DNA of 64,000 nt from Candidatus Hydrogenedentota bacterium (GCA_045863335.1 BTVY01000037.1:1-64000); one strand, 5' to 3'; positions 29,844-40,165 are shown, numbered from the stretch's first letter. A program made the numbers and translations. The notes: generated from the letters alone by a model not told the origin.

Positions 29844-31698
29844 AACTGACGTAGACTCCGAAGCTGTCGTCCAATTCCGATCGCGCGTTCACGGGGACCG
29901 CTACGTCGACCCTCAAGGGACCCAGGGGCGTGAAGTACCGTATGCCCGCGCCCACGCCCCACCGCAACTCTTCTGCAAAATCCGGAAATGCCGACGAATA
30001 GGCGTTGCCGCCATCGACAAACACCGCCACGCCGATCTGCTCGGTGATCCGCCGCCGCAGTTCGACACTCACTTCGACGAGAGAAGCGCCTCCGGTGGGA
30101 TCGCCGCCTTTCAATGGGCTGACCGTCTTATACGCAAATCCGCGGATCGAGCCGCCGCCGCCGGCATAAAACCGCTCATCTGGAGGAATGTTATCGACAT
30201 CCGTGCCGAGCATGGCGCCAAGCTTGACCCGTGCCGCGATAACCCAGTACCCCTCCTCGTCCAACGCATGATAGCCCCGCCATTCCACGGTCCCCCGCAA
30301 AAACGAGAGCGCTGGATCGGTGACTTCGATAAACGGTTCGGCCCTCAGGTCCAACCGCTTCCCTTCAGTGGGATTCATGGAATCGTCGCGGTCGTCCATG
30401 ACGCCGTAGACGGGAAAGGAGAGAAGATGATAGGTCTCGTCGAGTCGCCGTTGCTCTTGCATACTGTACTTGAACGCAACGCCCGCCCCGGCCGTCCAGC
30501 GCGGTCCCAGCTTTCGTTCCACGGTGACACCGGTCTCGAAACGGGTGCTGTCATAAGCCTCGACGGATTCCTGCCCCAGCTTCAGCTCCCAGCGCAAGTT
30601 CTGATCCTCCCGTTTCCATCCGGGTACCAGATAGCGTGCGCTGAACTCCTGCCGATCGCGTGAGAGATCCCCTTTCAAGGTCAATTGGTGCCCCAACTGC
30701 CGGATGTTGCGGTGCTCCCAACTCGCGCGCGCGTTCGGGCCTGCATCGGTGTCAAAGCCCGCACCCAGGGTGATGGTCCGGTGCTTGGACTCCGCCACCT
30801 TGATGTGCATGGGGATGAGGCCTTCGTCAGTGACACCGTCCGCCGTCGTGATGCGGACAAGGGAGAAAAGGTTCTGATCGTAGAGCCGCTCCTGCGTTTC
30901 ATTCACAACGCGGGCGTCGTAGGGTTGGCCTTCGCGCCATTCGATGGCGCGCCGCACCGTCTCTTCTTTTACGGCGTCCAATCCCTCGATTTGCGTCGTG
31001 CCAAATACGGCGGACGGGCCGGGCTCCACGATGTACGTCACGTCGAGCGTGCGATTGCCGTGGTCGACGATGATTTTCCGGTCTGCGATCCTGGGAAAGG
31101 GGTAACCGTTGTTACGCGCGCGCGCAAGGATGGGCCCCTCCGCATCGACGATCGTACGGGAGACGGCCGGTTCGCCGCCGGTCACTTGAAGCGATTCCGG
31201 TTTCGGCCAGACGAAGACCACGTCTCGCGTGGATTCGATGGAAATCGACCCAAAGGTGTAGCGAGGACCGGGATCGATCGTAAACACGACAGCCGGCGGG
31301 GTCTCAGATTCCACGACGCCCAACTGGACCGTTGCCGCGTAGTATCCCTCCGCCTTCAAGATTTGCTGGAACCGTTCCAGGTCCCGGTTGGCGCGCCGTT
31401 CGAGATGACTGATGCTGGCGGGAGGACGATCCTGGTTTGATACCGTGTCCGATTCCCGGCGAAGTACTTCCCGGAGGGACTCGTCAACGGCACCCTCGAA
31501 CCGTACCGAGTACGCGCCAGTCCCAGTCGGGTTCTGAGCAAGGGCGGCCTCAGGCACGAAAAAAACCACGCCGGAGAGTGCCACGGCAAGCCATACCGCC
31601 ACCAGCCGGTTGCGAGGATTATGTAAACCGGTGTAGCGCAAAACAACACCTGTGGAATTCGCTGAAACGCTCTTGTCGCCGGGTTCAGCGTAGCGCAA
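29827..31698 (-). CDS. tamA: Omp85-family autotransporter assembly protein TamA
   Basis: POTRA domains (EGYYAA, NGYPFP), RFYAGGGGSIRGF, GIRYFTPLGPLRVDVAVP, C-terminal GQAF. Exact start uncertain. Confidence 0.92.
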   Translation of the reverse strand: MRYAEPGDKSVSANSTGVVLRYTGLHNPRNRLVAVWLAVALSGVVFFVPEAALAQNPTGTGAYSVRFEGAVDESLREVLRRESDTVSNQDRPPASISHLERRANRDLERFQQILKAEGYYAATVQLGVVESETPPAVVFTIDPGPRYTFGSISIESTRDVVFVWPKPESLQVTGGEPAVSRTIVDAEGPILARARNNGYPFPRIADRKIIVDHGNRTLDVTYIVEPGPSAVFGTTQIEGLDAVKEETVRRAIEWREGQPYDARVVNETQERLYDQNLFSLVRITTADGVTDEGLIPMHIKVAESKHRTITLGAGFDTDAGPNARASWEHRNIRQLGHQLTLKGDLSRDRQEFSARYLVPGWKREDQNLRWELKLGQESVEAYDSTRFETGVTVERKLGPRWTAGAGVAFKYSMQEQRRLDETYHLLSFPVYGVMDDRDDSMNPTEGKRLDLRAEPFIEVTDPALSFLRGTVEWRGYHALDEEGYWVIAARVKLGAMLGTDVDNIPPDERFYAGGGGSIRGFAYKTVSPLKGGDPTGGASLVEVSVELRRRITEQIGVAVFVDGGNAYSSAFPDFAEELRWGVGAGIRYFTPLGPLRVDVAVPVNARSELDDSFGVYVSFGQAF

Positions 31699-31749
31699 CT
31701 GCGGTGAAAAAAGCCAACCGGGCGCGGTCTCGCTCGGGCGTCCTTCGCC

Positions 31750-32115
31750 TTAGGGTCCGAGCACGTCGCCCTGCGCAACCCCCAGCCGTTGCATGATCTC
31801 CACAACAGCAAGTTCGGGAACTTGCGCTTCTTCGAGCGCCTCGCGAAAATAGACGGTGAACGACGCCAAATGGGCCTCGTTGAGCCCCTGCTCCACCGCT
31901 CGGGAATGGGCCGCGGTCAGTTCGATGCTCGTGCGCGACTGGGGACCGCCGGAAACGGTGTGTAGAAAGGCGCGGAACTTCCGCCGCTGCAGCTTCATGT
32001 CCACCCCTGAGAAGAATGCCGCCAAATCGGGGTCGTTGAGGATTCGAGCATACAGGGACTCGACCAACGCCTCGATACCGTGGTCTCCACCCAGCAATAC
32101 GTATAGGGATCCCAC
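31750..32115 (-). CDS. Group I truncated hemoglobin
   Basis: SLYVLLGG...VESLYARILNDPDLAAFF...GGP...AAH...HL pattern of trHbN. 121 aa. Confidence 0.88.
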   Translation of the reverse strand: MGSLYVLLGGDHGIEALVESLYARILNDPDLAAFFSGVDMKLQRRKFRAFLHTVSGGPQSRTSIELTAAHSRAVEQGLNEAHLASFTVYFREALEEAQVPELAVVEIMQRLGVAQGDVLGP

Positions 32116-32319
32116 TCCCCTTCCCTCCCGCCAGTATGCGCACCGATTGAAAGGAGATTATAGACCGAATGACCTCGCAGCTGCCAGTATTTGCTTGCAC
32201 CGAAGCTTGGTATACTATGCGGTGTCGCTTTCTCTTCGTTGAAAGCGATCCGGAAAGAACGCGCCGCGAGACACCAGGATATTGAGCGGTCCCCGGCGTA
32301 TCCACAAGGAAGATCGGCA

Positions 32320-33048
32320 GTGCGAAAATTTGACTACAACACCAGAGTTCTATTTAAGATGAATGGCGAAACCCACCGGGGCCGCGTGACCGGTCTCGAA
32401 CACGCGTCCCGGCGTGTCGTAACGGATTCCGGCAAACGGCTGCTCGTGTCCGTACGCAATCTGCGATCGTCTCAGGAGCGCTCGCTTATTCTCGAGACGC
32501 GGCTGGACCGAAGTTTGCGCTCGAACCGGACCTACGGCCCCATGATGCAGCAAATGCTCTACGCCTTCGACGTCGAAGCCCTCTACGAACGGGTTCACAC
32601 CGTGGACTCCATGCGCCGGTTCCTGCGTCATGAGGGGAAGAATCCGGCGACGCGGTTCATCCACGTGATGAGTCACGGCACCGTGGGTCCCAAGCCAGGC
32701 AGCGCTATGCTCCACCTGACCTTTGACGATCTGGACTTGGTCAAGCAGGCGGACGTGTTCAAAGGGCTGCGCGACAAGATACTGCTTTTTTCTTGCTGCC
32801 AGATCGGTCAGGACCGAGACGTCCTTCATTTGATTAAGGAGGTCAGCCAGGCGGCGGCCGTGATTTCGTACCGCGTCGACGTCAATGATTGGTACACGAA
32901 CATCGCGGAAGCCCTGCTGTACGAGCGGCTCATCAAGACGACCATGTCGCCAAAACGCGCAGTCGCACTGGTGGGCGAAGTCCTCCACACGCTGGGCGTC
33001 AAGGTGGATGGCGTGGTTACGCGTAAACCCGTGCTCGTCTGCGTATGA
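32320..33048 (+). CDS. Hypothetical protein: small beta N-terminal domain + caspase/CHAT-like His-Cys fold
   Basis: FIHVMSHG...ILLFSCCQIG...AVISYR resembles the caspase-hemoglobinase dyad pattern. GTG 32320 chosen after AAGGA. Confidence 0.55.
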   Translation: MRKFDYNTRVLFKMNGETHRGRVTGLEHASRRVVTDSGKRLLVSVRNLRSSQERSLILETRLDRSLRSNRTYGPMMQQMLYAFDVEALYERVHTVDSMRRFLRHEGKNPATRFIHVMSHGTVGPKPGSAMLHLTFDDLDLVKQADVFKGLRDKILLFSCCQIGQDRDVLHLIKEVSQAAAVISYRVDVNDWYTNIAEALLYERLIKTTMSPKRAVALVGEVLHTLGVKVDGVVTRKPVLVCV

Positions 33049-34668
33049 TCAGCCGCTCGACCGCGATCCGCTTTCCATTCCGGCGCGGACCCGATTGAAC
33101 ACGTGCAGGGCATCGCGCGCGGTAATTCCCAACACTTTGAGAACCTCTTCCCCTTCCTGGATTGCGTGTGCCGGCTCCGCCTCTTCGGCAATGTATGCGT
33201 CGGCGAGGATCGCAGCGAATCCCGTTGCCGATGCGAGCGGTCCCGCCAACGCGGCCGCATGCAGATCGCGATGGAGTCGAATCGCGTCCGCGATGGACTT
33301 GGGAATACCCCATTCGTCGGCCAGGATCCCCCCCGCTTCGGGATAACCGATACCGAACAACCGGGTCTCGTCGCTGATCCGTTCAAACGCCGTCACCTCG
33401 TCGCTCAGCGCGGCCGCGCGATCGGGGAAGGCACTCGCCAATGCAAGGGATCCGATTCCATGGAGCAAGCCTCCTATATAGGCTTGATAGCGAAGCGACG
33501 GATCGGCGAGCGCCGCCAGTGCAAACGCTGCCGACGCGCCGAACTGCGCCCTCCGCATGAATCGGTCAAAATCCACCGGAGGCTCGTCATACTGATTCGC
33601 GGCAATGACCGATAGCATCGCGATTTCGCATACGCCGTCCGTGCCGAGCAACACCGCAGCCAGGTTGGCATCGCTGACATCGCCCGGCATTCCGTAGGGG
33701 GCGGCATTCGCTGTACTCAGGAGCTTGGCAACGATGGGCGGATCCACCGCAATGATATCGATGATATCTCTTGCTGTGGCGCTGCCCCGCTCGAGCCGTT
33801 CCTTCACCCGGCTGACCGTGTCGGTGAACGTGGGGAGCGCATCGATCCGCGCAAAGCGCTCCAATAGCTCCGAACGCAGCGGCACAACCGGCGCGGGCAC
33901 GGCGGATACTGGCGGAGCGCTCGACTCCGCCGCGGAAGATGCCGAACGCGCCGCAGGCCCTTCCTGCTCCAGGTCCAGATCGATTTCGCCACGCTCAGGC
34001 GGCGGCTGCGCCGGGGCCGCCTTCGCAGGCGCCGGAGTTTCCACGGGGTAGTACCGCTCGATGGTCGCGAGGATATCGTCCAGCTTGCACAACATGGGTT
34101 TGACGGTAAGACCAGTGATTTGCTCGAGCCGGTAAACGGTGTCGGTATCGAGCGGACACGCCATGCCAACCGTCAATAGGCGCCCCAGCTTATCGATTGG
34201 AAGAACCAGGCATTCCTGTGCGATCTCCTTCGGAACGAGGGAAATGAGCTCTTTGGGAATGTAATAACTCTTGAGGTCGATACTCGCGATGCCCGGTTTG
34301 CGGGAAAGGTAGTCGTGAAGGGACAGCTTATCCAGGTAACCCAACTGGAGCACGATGGGAAGAATCTGTCCCCCCTCACGCTCCTGCACGGCAATGGCTT
34401 CCCGAACCTGATCCGCAGTGAGCATGCCGTCATCCAGGAGAATCTCCCCGATATGCCTTGCTGCCTGCTTGACAGTCGATTCGGTTGTCTTGTCTCCCGA
34501 AGCGGGACCGGCGCCCTGCGGTTCGGGGGCGCCCGGCGGCGACAGGGGGCTGGTATTCCTCTTGGTGACAGCGACTTGCTCGCCACAGCGGACGCATTTG
34601 ACGGTCTTGCCCAATAGGCTGGGCGGACCTTTCATTCGTTGGCCGCAATCACATGAAATGACCAGCAT
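33049..34668 (-). CDS. Zn-ribbon + MshEN/T2SSE_N + HDOD domain protein
   Basis: CxCG...CxxCG N-terminus. HIGEILLDDGMLTADQVREAIAVQ and LTVGMACPLD. HDOD motifs LPTF, DPPIVAKLLSTAN, GLLHGIG, WGIPKSI. Confidence 0.85.
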   Translation of the reverse strand: MLVISCDCGQRMKGPPSLLGKTVKCVRCGEQVAVTKRNTSPLSPPGAPEPQGAGPASGDKTTESTVKQAARHIGEILLDDGMLTADQVREAIAVQEREGGQILPIVLQLGYLDKLSLHDYLSRKPGIASIDLKSYYIPKELISLVPKEIAQECLVLPIDKLGRLLTVGMACPLDTDTVYRLEQITGLTVKPMLCKLDDILATIERYYPVETPAPAKAAPAQPPPERGEIDLDLEQEGPAARSASSAAESSAPPVSAVPAPVVPLRSELLERFARIDALPTFTDTVSRVKERLERGSATARDIIDIIAVDPPIVAKLLSTANAAPYGMPGDVSDANLAAVLLGTDGVCEIAMLSVIAANQYDEPPVDFDRFMRRAQFGASAAFALAALADPSLRYQAYIGGLLHGIGSLALASAFPDRAAALSDEVTAFERISDETRLFGIGYPEAGGILADEWGIPKSIADAIRLHRDLHAAALAGPLASATGFAAILADAYIAEEAEPAHAIQEGEEVLKVLGITARDALHVFNRVRAGMESGSRSSG

Positions 34669-34963
34669 TCGAATCCTATCACCTGAAGTTGCGGCCCCAT
34701 TATCGGCAACCCTACGTAGATTCTACCGGAAACTCACCATATTCGCGGGGAAAACCGGTCCACCACACGATGCGGGTTCCGCCGGCCGACTCGTTCTAAG
34801 TGTAGGAGCGAACAGCTTTAGAGTCAAGAGTTGAGCCGTTCTAAGAATAATGCGCACAAGAGGATTGCCCCATTCAGCCAATCCCCGTAATATGGTACAA
34901 GTTTGAGCAGGAAAAGGGAGTCACGGCGCGGGTTTGCGGACCCCTGCGAGGGTTGGGTGGTGG

Positions 34964-37900
34964 ATGTCACTTTCCAGTATCAATGAAAAGTTTGAACAGG
35001 CAATAAAACTCCAGGCGGCGGACGCCCATGTCTGGGCGCTGGACGTCATTACCCAATTGGACCAGACGCTTCCAAACAGCCCTCGCCTCATGGCCATGCG
35101 CGTGCGCAGCCTCGCCACCATGGGCCTACTCGATGATGCGGACAAGGTCGGCCGATTACTGCAAATGCGCATTCGAGATGCGCAAGCGGACTTCGACGCC
35201 ATGCGGGAACTGCTCGACGAGAATCAGCTTTCCGCGCTCTCCCAACTCCTCGAAGAGCACGAACAAGCTGCGGCGGACACGGAAGCGCTGGTCAGCCGCA
35301 AGCGAACCGAAGCTTCCGAACAGGTCAACCTCCGCGAACGGATCGCAACGCTGGAAGAACAGTTGGATACCGTTCGGTCCAAAGCGAGTCAAGCCACGCA
35401 AGCCGAGCTGGACCTCGCGACCGAGCTGGAGCAGTTGCGAGCCCTCCAACAGGAGCGTGACGTTGAACTCGATGGCGCGCGCTCTGAAATGGAATCCCTC
35501 CGGGGCGCTTTGGTCGAGCGCGAAGCCGCCATCCGCGACGCCGAACAACGCAGTGAGGAAAGTCGTAAGGCGGCCGACTCCCTGCGCAAGGAACTCCAGG
35601 CCCTACAGGCCCGCGCTGAATTGGCCTCCTCGGCCCAGCAAGCCCTCTCCGCAGAACTGGAGCGGCTACGCGCAAACGAATCCACGAAAGCGCAAGCCCT
35701 CGACTCAGCCCGCAAGGAACTCGATTCATTGCGAGGCGCGCTGAGCGACCGCGAAGCCGCGATCAAAGCCGCGGAACAGCGCAGCGCCGAAAGCGAGAAG
35801 ACTGCCGCCGAACTTCGCAAACAACTCGCGAACATCCGCGTACAGGCGGAGAAGGCGTCGACCTCCGAGGCGGCCCTTGCGGGCGAACTCGAGCGCGTCC
35901 GCGCGAACGAAACAGAGAAGGCCGAGGCGCTGGAAGTCGCACGTGCGGAATTGGAATCGCTGCGCAACGATCTCGCCGACCGCGAAGCGGCCATCCTCGC
36001 CGCGGAAAAGCGGAACCAGGAAAGCGAAGCGGCGGCCGCCCGTCTGCGCGAGCAACTGGACGAAATCCGGACGCAGGCGCAGCAGGCATCCTCGTCAGAA
36101 GCCGCACTGGCTTCCGAGCTTGAACGGTTGCGCGCCAATGAATCCGACAAGGCAAAAGCCCTGGAATCCGCGCGGGCGGAACTGGAAAGCCTGCGGGGCA
36201 CGCTTCAAGAACGTGAGACAGCCATTGCCGATGCGGAAGCGCGCAGTGCCGAAAGCGAACGCGCAGCCGCTCAGCTCCGTGAAGAATTAAACGCCATCCG
36301 CAATCAGGCGGCGCAGGCGTCTACGTCAGAGCAACAGCTAGCCGTCGAGTTGGATCAGTTGCGCAATCGCGAATCCACGAAAGCCCGGGAACTGGACCGC
36401 GCCCGCGCGGAAATGGAGTCGTTGAAACAGGCTCTCGCGACGCGGGAACGCGATGTTGCAGAAGCCAAGAAGGACAAAACCCAGAGCGCCGACGCCATCG
36501 CGCTGCTTCAGAAAGAACTGGAAACCATTCGCGAGCAGGCGGATCATGCATCGTCGTCGGAACAATCGCTCGCCGCGGAAGTCGCGCAATTGCGCGCCAA
36601 CGAGTCGGAGAAGGCAAGCGCGCTCGATAACGCGCGGGCCGAGTTGGAGGCCTTACGGAAATCGTTGGAGGATCGTGAATCGGCGGTCGCCCGGGCGGAG
36701 CAGGTCAGCGCGGACAGCGGGCGCGCCGTGGCCGAGTTGCAGTCGGAACTCGCTGCCTTGCGGGAGCGAGCGGAGGCCGCCTCCTCGCGGGAAGCGGCCA
36801 GCGCGCGGGAGATGGCCGGACTCCAACAGGCAGTGGAAGAGAAGTCGCAGGCGCTGGAAGACGCCCGTTCCGAATTGACGAGTCTGAAGAATACGCTGCT
36901 TGAACAGGAAGAAGCCGTCGAGACTGCGGCGCGCGACCGCGAACAGCAACAGAAAGAGATCGCCACGTTGCGGGGCGCGCTGGAGAAACTCGTATCGCAG
37001 ACGGAGGAGGTAACTTCGTCCGAGCGCGGTCTCGCCAAAGAAGTGGAACAACTCCGGGCCGTGGAGAGTGAAAAGTCGGCGGCGCTGGATCAGGCCCGCG
37101 CAGAACTGGAGTCGTTGCGGGGGACCTTGTCGGCTCGTGAACGCGAGGCCGAGGCGGCTGCGGAACACCGTGCAAGACACGAACAAACGATCGATGCGTT
37201 GCAGTCGGAGCTGAAGGCGCTTCGGGTTCAAGCCGCTGATACGACATCAGCGGAGGCCGGCTTGGCGAAGGAACTCGACGTGTTGCGCGCCGCACAGCAG
37301 GAGAAGGCCGCCGCCCTGGACGATGCCCAACGCGAAGTGCAGGCGCTCAAGGAAGCCCTGGCGGAGCGCGACGCCGCACCGCGCGTGCCACCCATTGTTG
37401 TCGTCAAAGAGGGCGCCCATCGCAAGGTAGGCTTCGCGGCCGTCGTAGGAACAATTGCTGTGCTGGCCGCCGCGGGCATCGCCGCGTACATCTTCGTGCC
37501 TCGATTGTGGAGCGCCTACCAATCTCAGCGTTCGATCGCACGCCAGGATATATCGCAGAACCGCCTGCGCTTCCCGTCCGACAAGGCCGTGGGTGCCGTC
37601 TTCAGCAGAGACGCGACGGATCCCGAGGCGGCGTGGGTGGAACTCGGGCCCGCCCGGGGCGCGTTGGAGACTCCGGAGAACGCCGCGATCCGAATCGCAT
37701 TTACCATAGACGGCGTGAACGCCGCTACGCTTCCGTCGATACTGGAATCGGATGCGGTCCAGTCGGTACAGATTCCCGGTGCCGCACTCACGCCTGAAGT
37801 GGCCAGCGTCCTCGCTTCGACCGGCCACCTGCAGGAGATCCTCATCGATGGAGCTGCGGCCGATGAGACCGTGGTCGCCACATTGCGCGGGGTCGCGCCA

Positions 37901-38638
37901 CAGATTTCCATTTCGACGGTCGAAGCCGCGCCGACGCCCCCCCCGGTAGTCGCCGATGAAGAGCCGGATGTCGCGCCACCGGCACGTACGCTTCGCTTCG
38001 CCGGAAACGCGTCCATTGGACGGCTCCAGACGCGTCCCTGGAACTCTTCCGATTCGAACGCGTGGCGCAACTCGGGCAATGCCCACGGCGCGGTCTCCGT
38101 GCCAGAAGGACGCGTCGTCAAACTTATCGTCGACTTTGAAGCCGCCCGCGACCTTTCCGCACTCGAAGGACTCGACTCCGATGCGTTGTTCTCTATCGTG
38201 CTCTACGGAAAGAACGTGTCCAACGAGAGCCTTCGCCAGTTGCGGCATCTTACCGGCCTTCGGGAACTGGATGTGACTGCGCCCAACGTCACCGATGCGG
38301 GCTTCGACCACCTTCGCCAACACACGCGGATGCGCTTGCTCGCGGTTGCGGAAGCGGCGCTGACCGACGTGGGCATGATGCATTTTCACAACATGCACGA
38401 CCTTCGCGAATTGCGGCTGTACGACGTTCAGGTCGGGGACCAGGGAATGGTCGTTCTGGACAGTTTTCCAAAGCTCGCGACGCTATCGGTGGTGAATGCA
38501 GGGATAAGCAACACGTGCCTGCCCACGATTCGAAAGCTCGAGAATCTCCGCTATCTGCGTATCGAGGGCACAAAGGTCTCCCGCGAAGGCATCACCCTGT
38601 TGAAATACGACCTGCCCAATTGCGAGATCGTCTCGTGA
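34964..38638 (+). CDS. Large coiled-coil protein with 77-aa tandem repeats, one TM helix and a C-terminal LRR domain
   Basis: About 8.5 copies of ELERLRANES.KA.AL..AR.ELESLR..L.ERE... with period 77 aa. TM VGFAAVVGTIAVLAAAGIAAYIFV. LRRs (LTGLRELDV, LRELRLYD, LRYLRIEGTKVS). Confidence 0.85.
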   Translation: MSLSSINEKFEQAIKLQAADAHVWALDVITQLDQTLPNSPRLMAMRVRSLATMGLLDDADKVGRLLQMRIRDAQADFDAMRELLDENQLSALSQLLEEHEQAAADTEALVSRKRTEASEQVNLRERIATLEEQLDTVRSKASQATQAELDLATELEQLRALQQERDVELDGARSEMESLRGALVEREAAIRDAEQRSEESRKAADSLRKELQALQARAELASSAQQALSAELERLRANESTKAQALDSARKELDSLRGALSDREAAIKAAEQRSAESEKTAAELRKQLANIRVQAEKASTSEAALAGELERVRANETEKAEALEVARAELESLRNDLADREAAILAAEKRNQESEAAAARLREQLDEIRTQAQQASSSEAALASELERLRANESDKAKALESARAELESLRGTLQERETAIADAEARSAESERAAAQLREELNAIRNQAAQASTSEQQLAVELDQLRNRESTKARELDRARAEMESLKQALATRERDVAEAKKDKTQSADAIALLQKELETIREQADHASSSEQSLAAEVAQLRANESEKASALDNARAELEALRKSLEDRESAVARAEQVSADSGRAVAELQSELAALRERAEAASSREAASAREMAGLQQAVEEKSQALEDARSELTSLKNTLLEQEEAVETAARDREQQQKEIATLRGALEKLVSQTEEVTSSERGLAKEVEQLRAVESEKSAALDQARAELESLRGTLSAREREAEAAAEHRARHEQTIDALQSELKALRVQAADTTSAEAGLAKELDVLRAAQQEKAAALDDAQREVQALKEALAERDAAPRVPPIVVVKEGAHRKVGFAAVVGTIAVLAAAGIAAYIFVPRLWSAYQSQRSIARQDISQNRLRFPSDKAVGAVFSRDATDPEAAWVELGPARGALETPENAAIRIAFTIDGVNAATLPSILESDAVQSVQIPGAALTPEVASVLASTGHLQEILIDGAAADETVVATLRGVAPQISISTVEAAPTPPPVVADEEPDVAPPARTLRFAGNASIGRLQTRPWNSSDSNAWRNSGNAHGAVSVPEGRVVKLIVDFEAARDLSALEGLDSDALFSIVLYGKNVSNESLRQLRHLTGLRELDVTAPNVTDAGFDHLRQHTRMRLLAVAEAALTDVGMMHFHNMHDLRELRLYDVQVGDQGMVVLDSFPKLATLSVVNAGISNTCLPTIRKLENLRYLRIEGTKVSREGITLLKYDLPNCEIVS

Positions 38639-38813
38639 CTGGCGGGCCGGCAGCTATCTCAACGCAAGAGGTTTCGCCAGAAACGCTTTCGTGTATAATT
38701 AGGTCGGGACAAGCGGGACCGTACGCGTGGTTGATGGGTCATCGTCCCGAACGGGGAAGACTGACGGGAACCCCCTCTTGCAGGGGCTGGGGACGAACGA
38801 GCCAGGAGCGATC

Positions 38814-40076
38814 ATGAACGATCAATTTCTCGACGAGTTCTGTGCCAAACTCCAAGCCGCCCTCACGGAGAACGAATCCCTATCCACCGCCGCCGATCAG
38901 GAGATCGGCTCCCATCTCTCGCGCCTGACGCGACGGATGGAACTCCTCGCAGAAACGGTTAAGAAACGAAAGCAAGCGGAAAAGTCCCTCCGCGAAACCG
39001 TGCTCGGCGAGCTAACTGGCTTCCGCTCAGCCCTCGCCGATGAATTGTCCAGCGGAACCGGCAAACAGGAACGAATTGAGCAGCTTGAACGCGATCTAGC
39101 AGCACAGGCGGACGCAGTGCAGGCCGGCCGCAGACGCGTGGATGAACTCCTGCAAACCGTCGAAGCGCGTGACGGAGAGTTGATGCAACTCCGCAACAAG
39201 GTCGTCGAACTGGAATCGCAGTTGACCGGCACCCGTGCGGAATTCGAAGCCCTATCGGCAGAGCGGGACCGCGCGGCCGATTCCGAAACGGCCCTCAGCG
39301 AAGCCACGGCGGAGTTGGAGCAAGCCCGGGATGAGTTGGACCAGCTCCGCGCCTCCGCGGAGAAGGTAGGCGCGGCGGAGCGGCTGCTTGAAGCCGAGCG
39401 GCAGCGGGCCAACGAACTGGAGGAACGGCTGCGCGCGGAAACCGCACACGGAACGAAAGCGATTATCGCACAGCAACTGGCGGACGCATTGCGCGACGGG
39501 GAAGCGGCGCGCGAGGAAGCCGCATCGCTACGGGTGGAGTTGCAGAACCTGCGCCGGGAGGCGGAGGAAAGAGCCGCCGAAATGGAGCGGGTCACGACGC
39601 CGAAACGCCCAAAGCTGGGCCGCGACGTGCAGAAGCGCCAGCTTGGCGAAATGCTCATGGAAGCCGGGGTCATTTCGCAGGACCAATTGGACTCCGCATT
39701 GGCGGCGCAAGCGGATTCGCCGGACCGTTCGCTCGCGGAAATTCTCGTCGATCAGGGGGCCGTGGGAGAGGAAGTGGTGGCCCAGGCGGCGGCCGCCCAG
39801 CATCGCGTGCTCTATGTGAACCTGAACGACAATAGCGTGGACCCGGCGGCCGCGGCTCTGATCAGCTTCAAGATTGCGCAGCAACATCACTGCGTTCCTG
39901 TGCGCGCGACGGAGGACTCCCTCGTCCTCGCCATGGCCGATCCGCTCAACGTCATCGCCATCGAAGACGTCGAACGCGCAAGCAGCCGGTCCGTGCGTCC
40001 CGTGATGGCCACCCAAAGCGCCATTGCCGCCGCAATCGAGCGAGTCTACCAGTCTCAGGAAGAACAGCTTCAGTAG
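38814..40076 (+). CDS. Coiled-coil protein with C-terminal MshEN/T2SSE_N domain, no ATPase
   Basis: RQLGEMLMEAGVISQDQLDSALAAQ...LAEILVDQG and LVLAMADPLN. AGGAG RBS before ATG 38814. Confidence 0.85.
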   Translation: MNDQFLDEFCAKLQAALTENESLSTAADQEIGSHLSRLTRRMELLAETVKKRKQAEKSLRETVLGELTGFRSALADELSSGTGKQERIEQLERDLAAQADAVQAGRRRVDELLQTVEARDGELMQLRNKVVELESQLTGTRAEFEALSAERDRAADSETALSEATAELEQARDELDQLRASAEKVGAAERLLEAERQRANELEERLRAETAHGTKAIIAQQLADALRDGEAAREEAASLRVELQNLRREAEERAAEMERVTTPKRPKLGRDVQKRQLGEMLMEAGVISQDQLDSALAAQADSPDRSLAEILVDQGAVGEEVVAQAAAAQHRVLYVNLNDNSVDPAAAALISFKIAQQHHCVPVRATEDSLVLAMADPLNVIAIEDVERASSRSVRPVMATQSAIAAAIERVYQSQEEQLQ

Positions 40077-40081
40077 GAAAC

Positions 40082-40165
40082 AAATAGGGACAGCCACCGT
40101 TTTCTTTCTGAGGTGCTCCGTCGTTTTTCCGCGAATCAGAAAGAAAATGGTGGATGTCCCTATTT
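40082..40165. repeat. Palindromic repeat between convergent genes (possible bidirectional terminator)
   Basis: 30-bp arms AAATAGGGACAGCCACCGTTTTCTTTCTGA / TCAGAAAGAAAATGGTGGATGTCCCTATTT with 2 mismatches. Same family as 53-119. Confidence 0.75.

Noticed and set aside
34964-38638. SMC/SbcC or phage tape-measure protein
   Set aside because: No ABC-ATPase motifs and no phage genes. It has a TM helix and a C-terminal LRR.
33049-40076. Type II secretion or type IV pilus ATPase genes (gspE/pilB)
   Set aside because: Only the N-terminal MshEN/T2SSE_N domains are present, with no Walker motifs.
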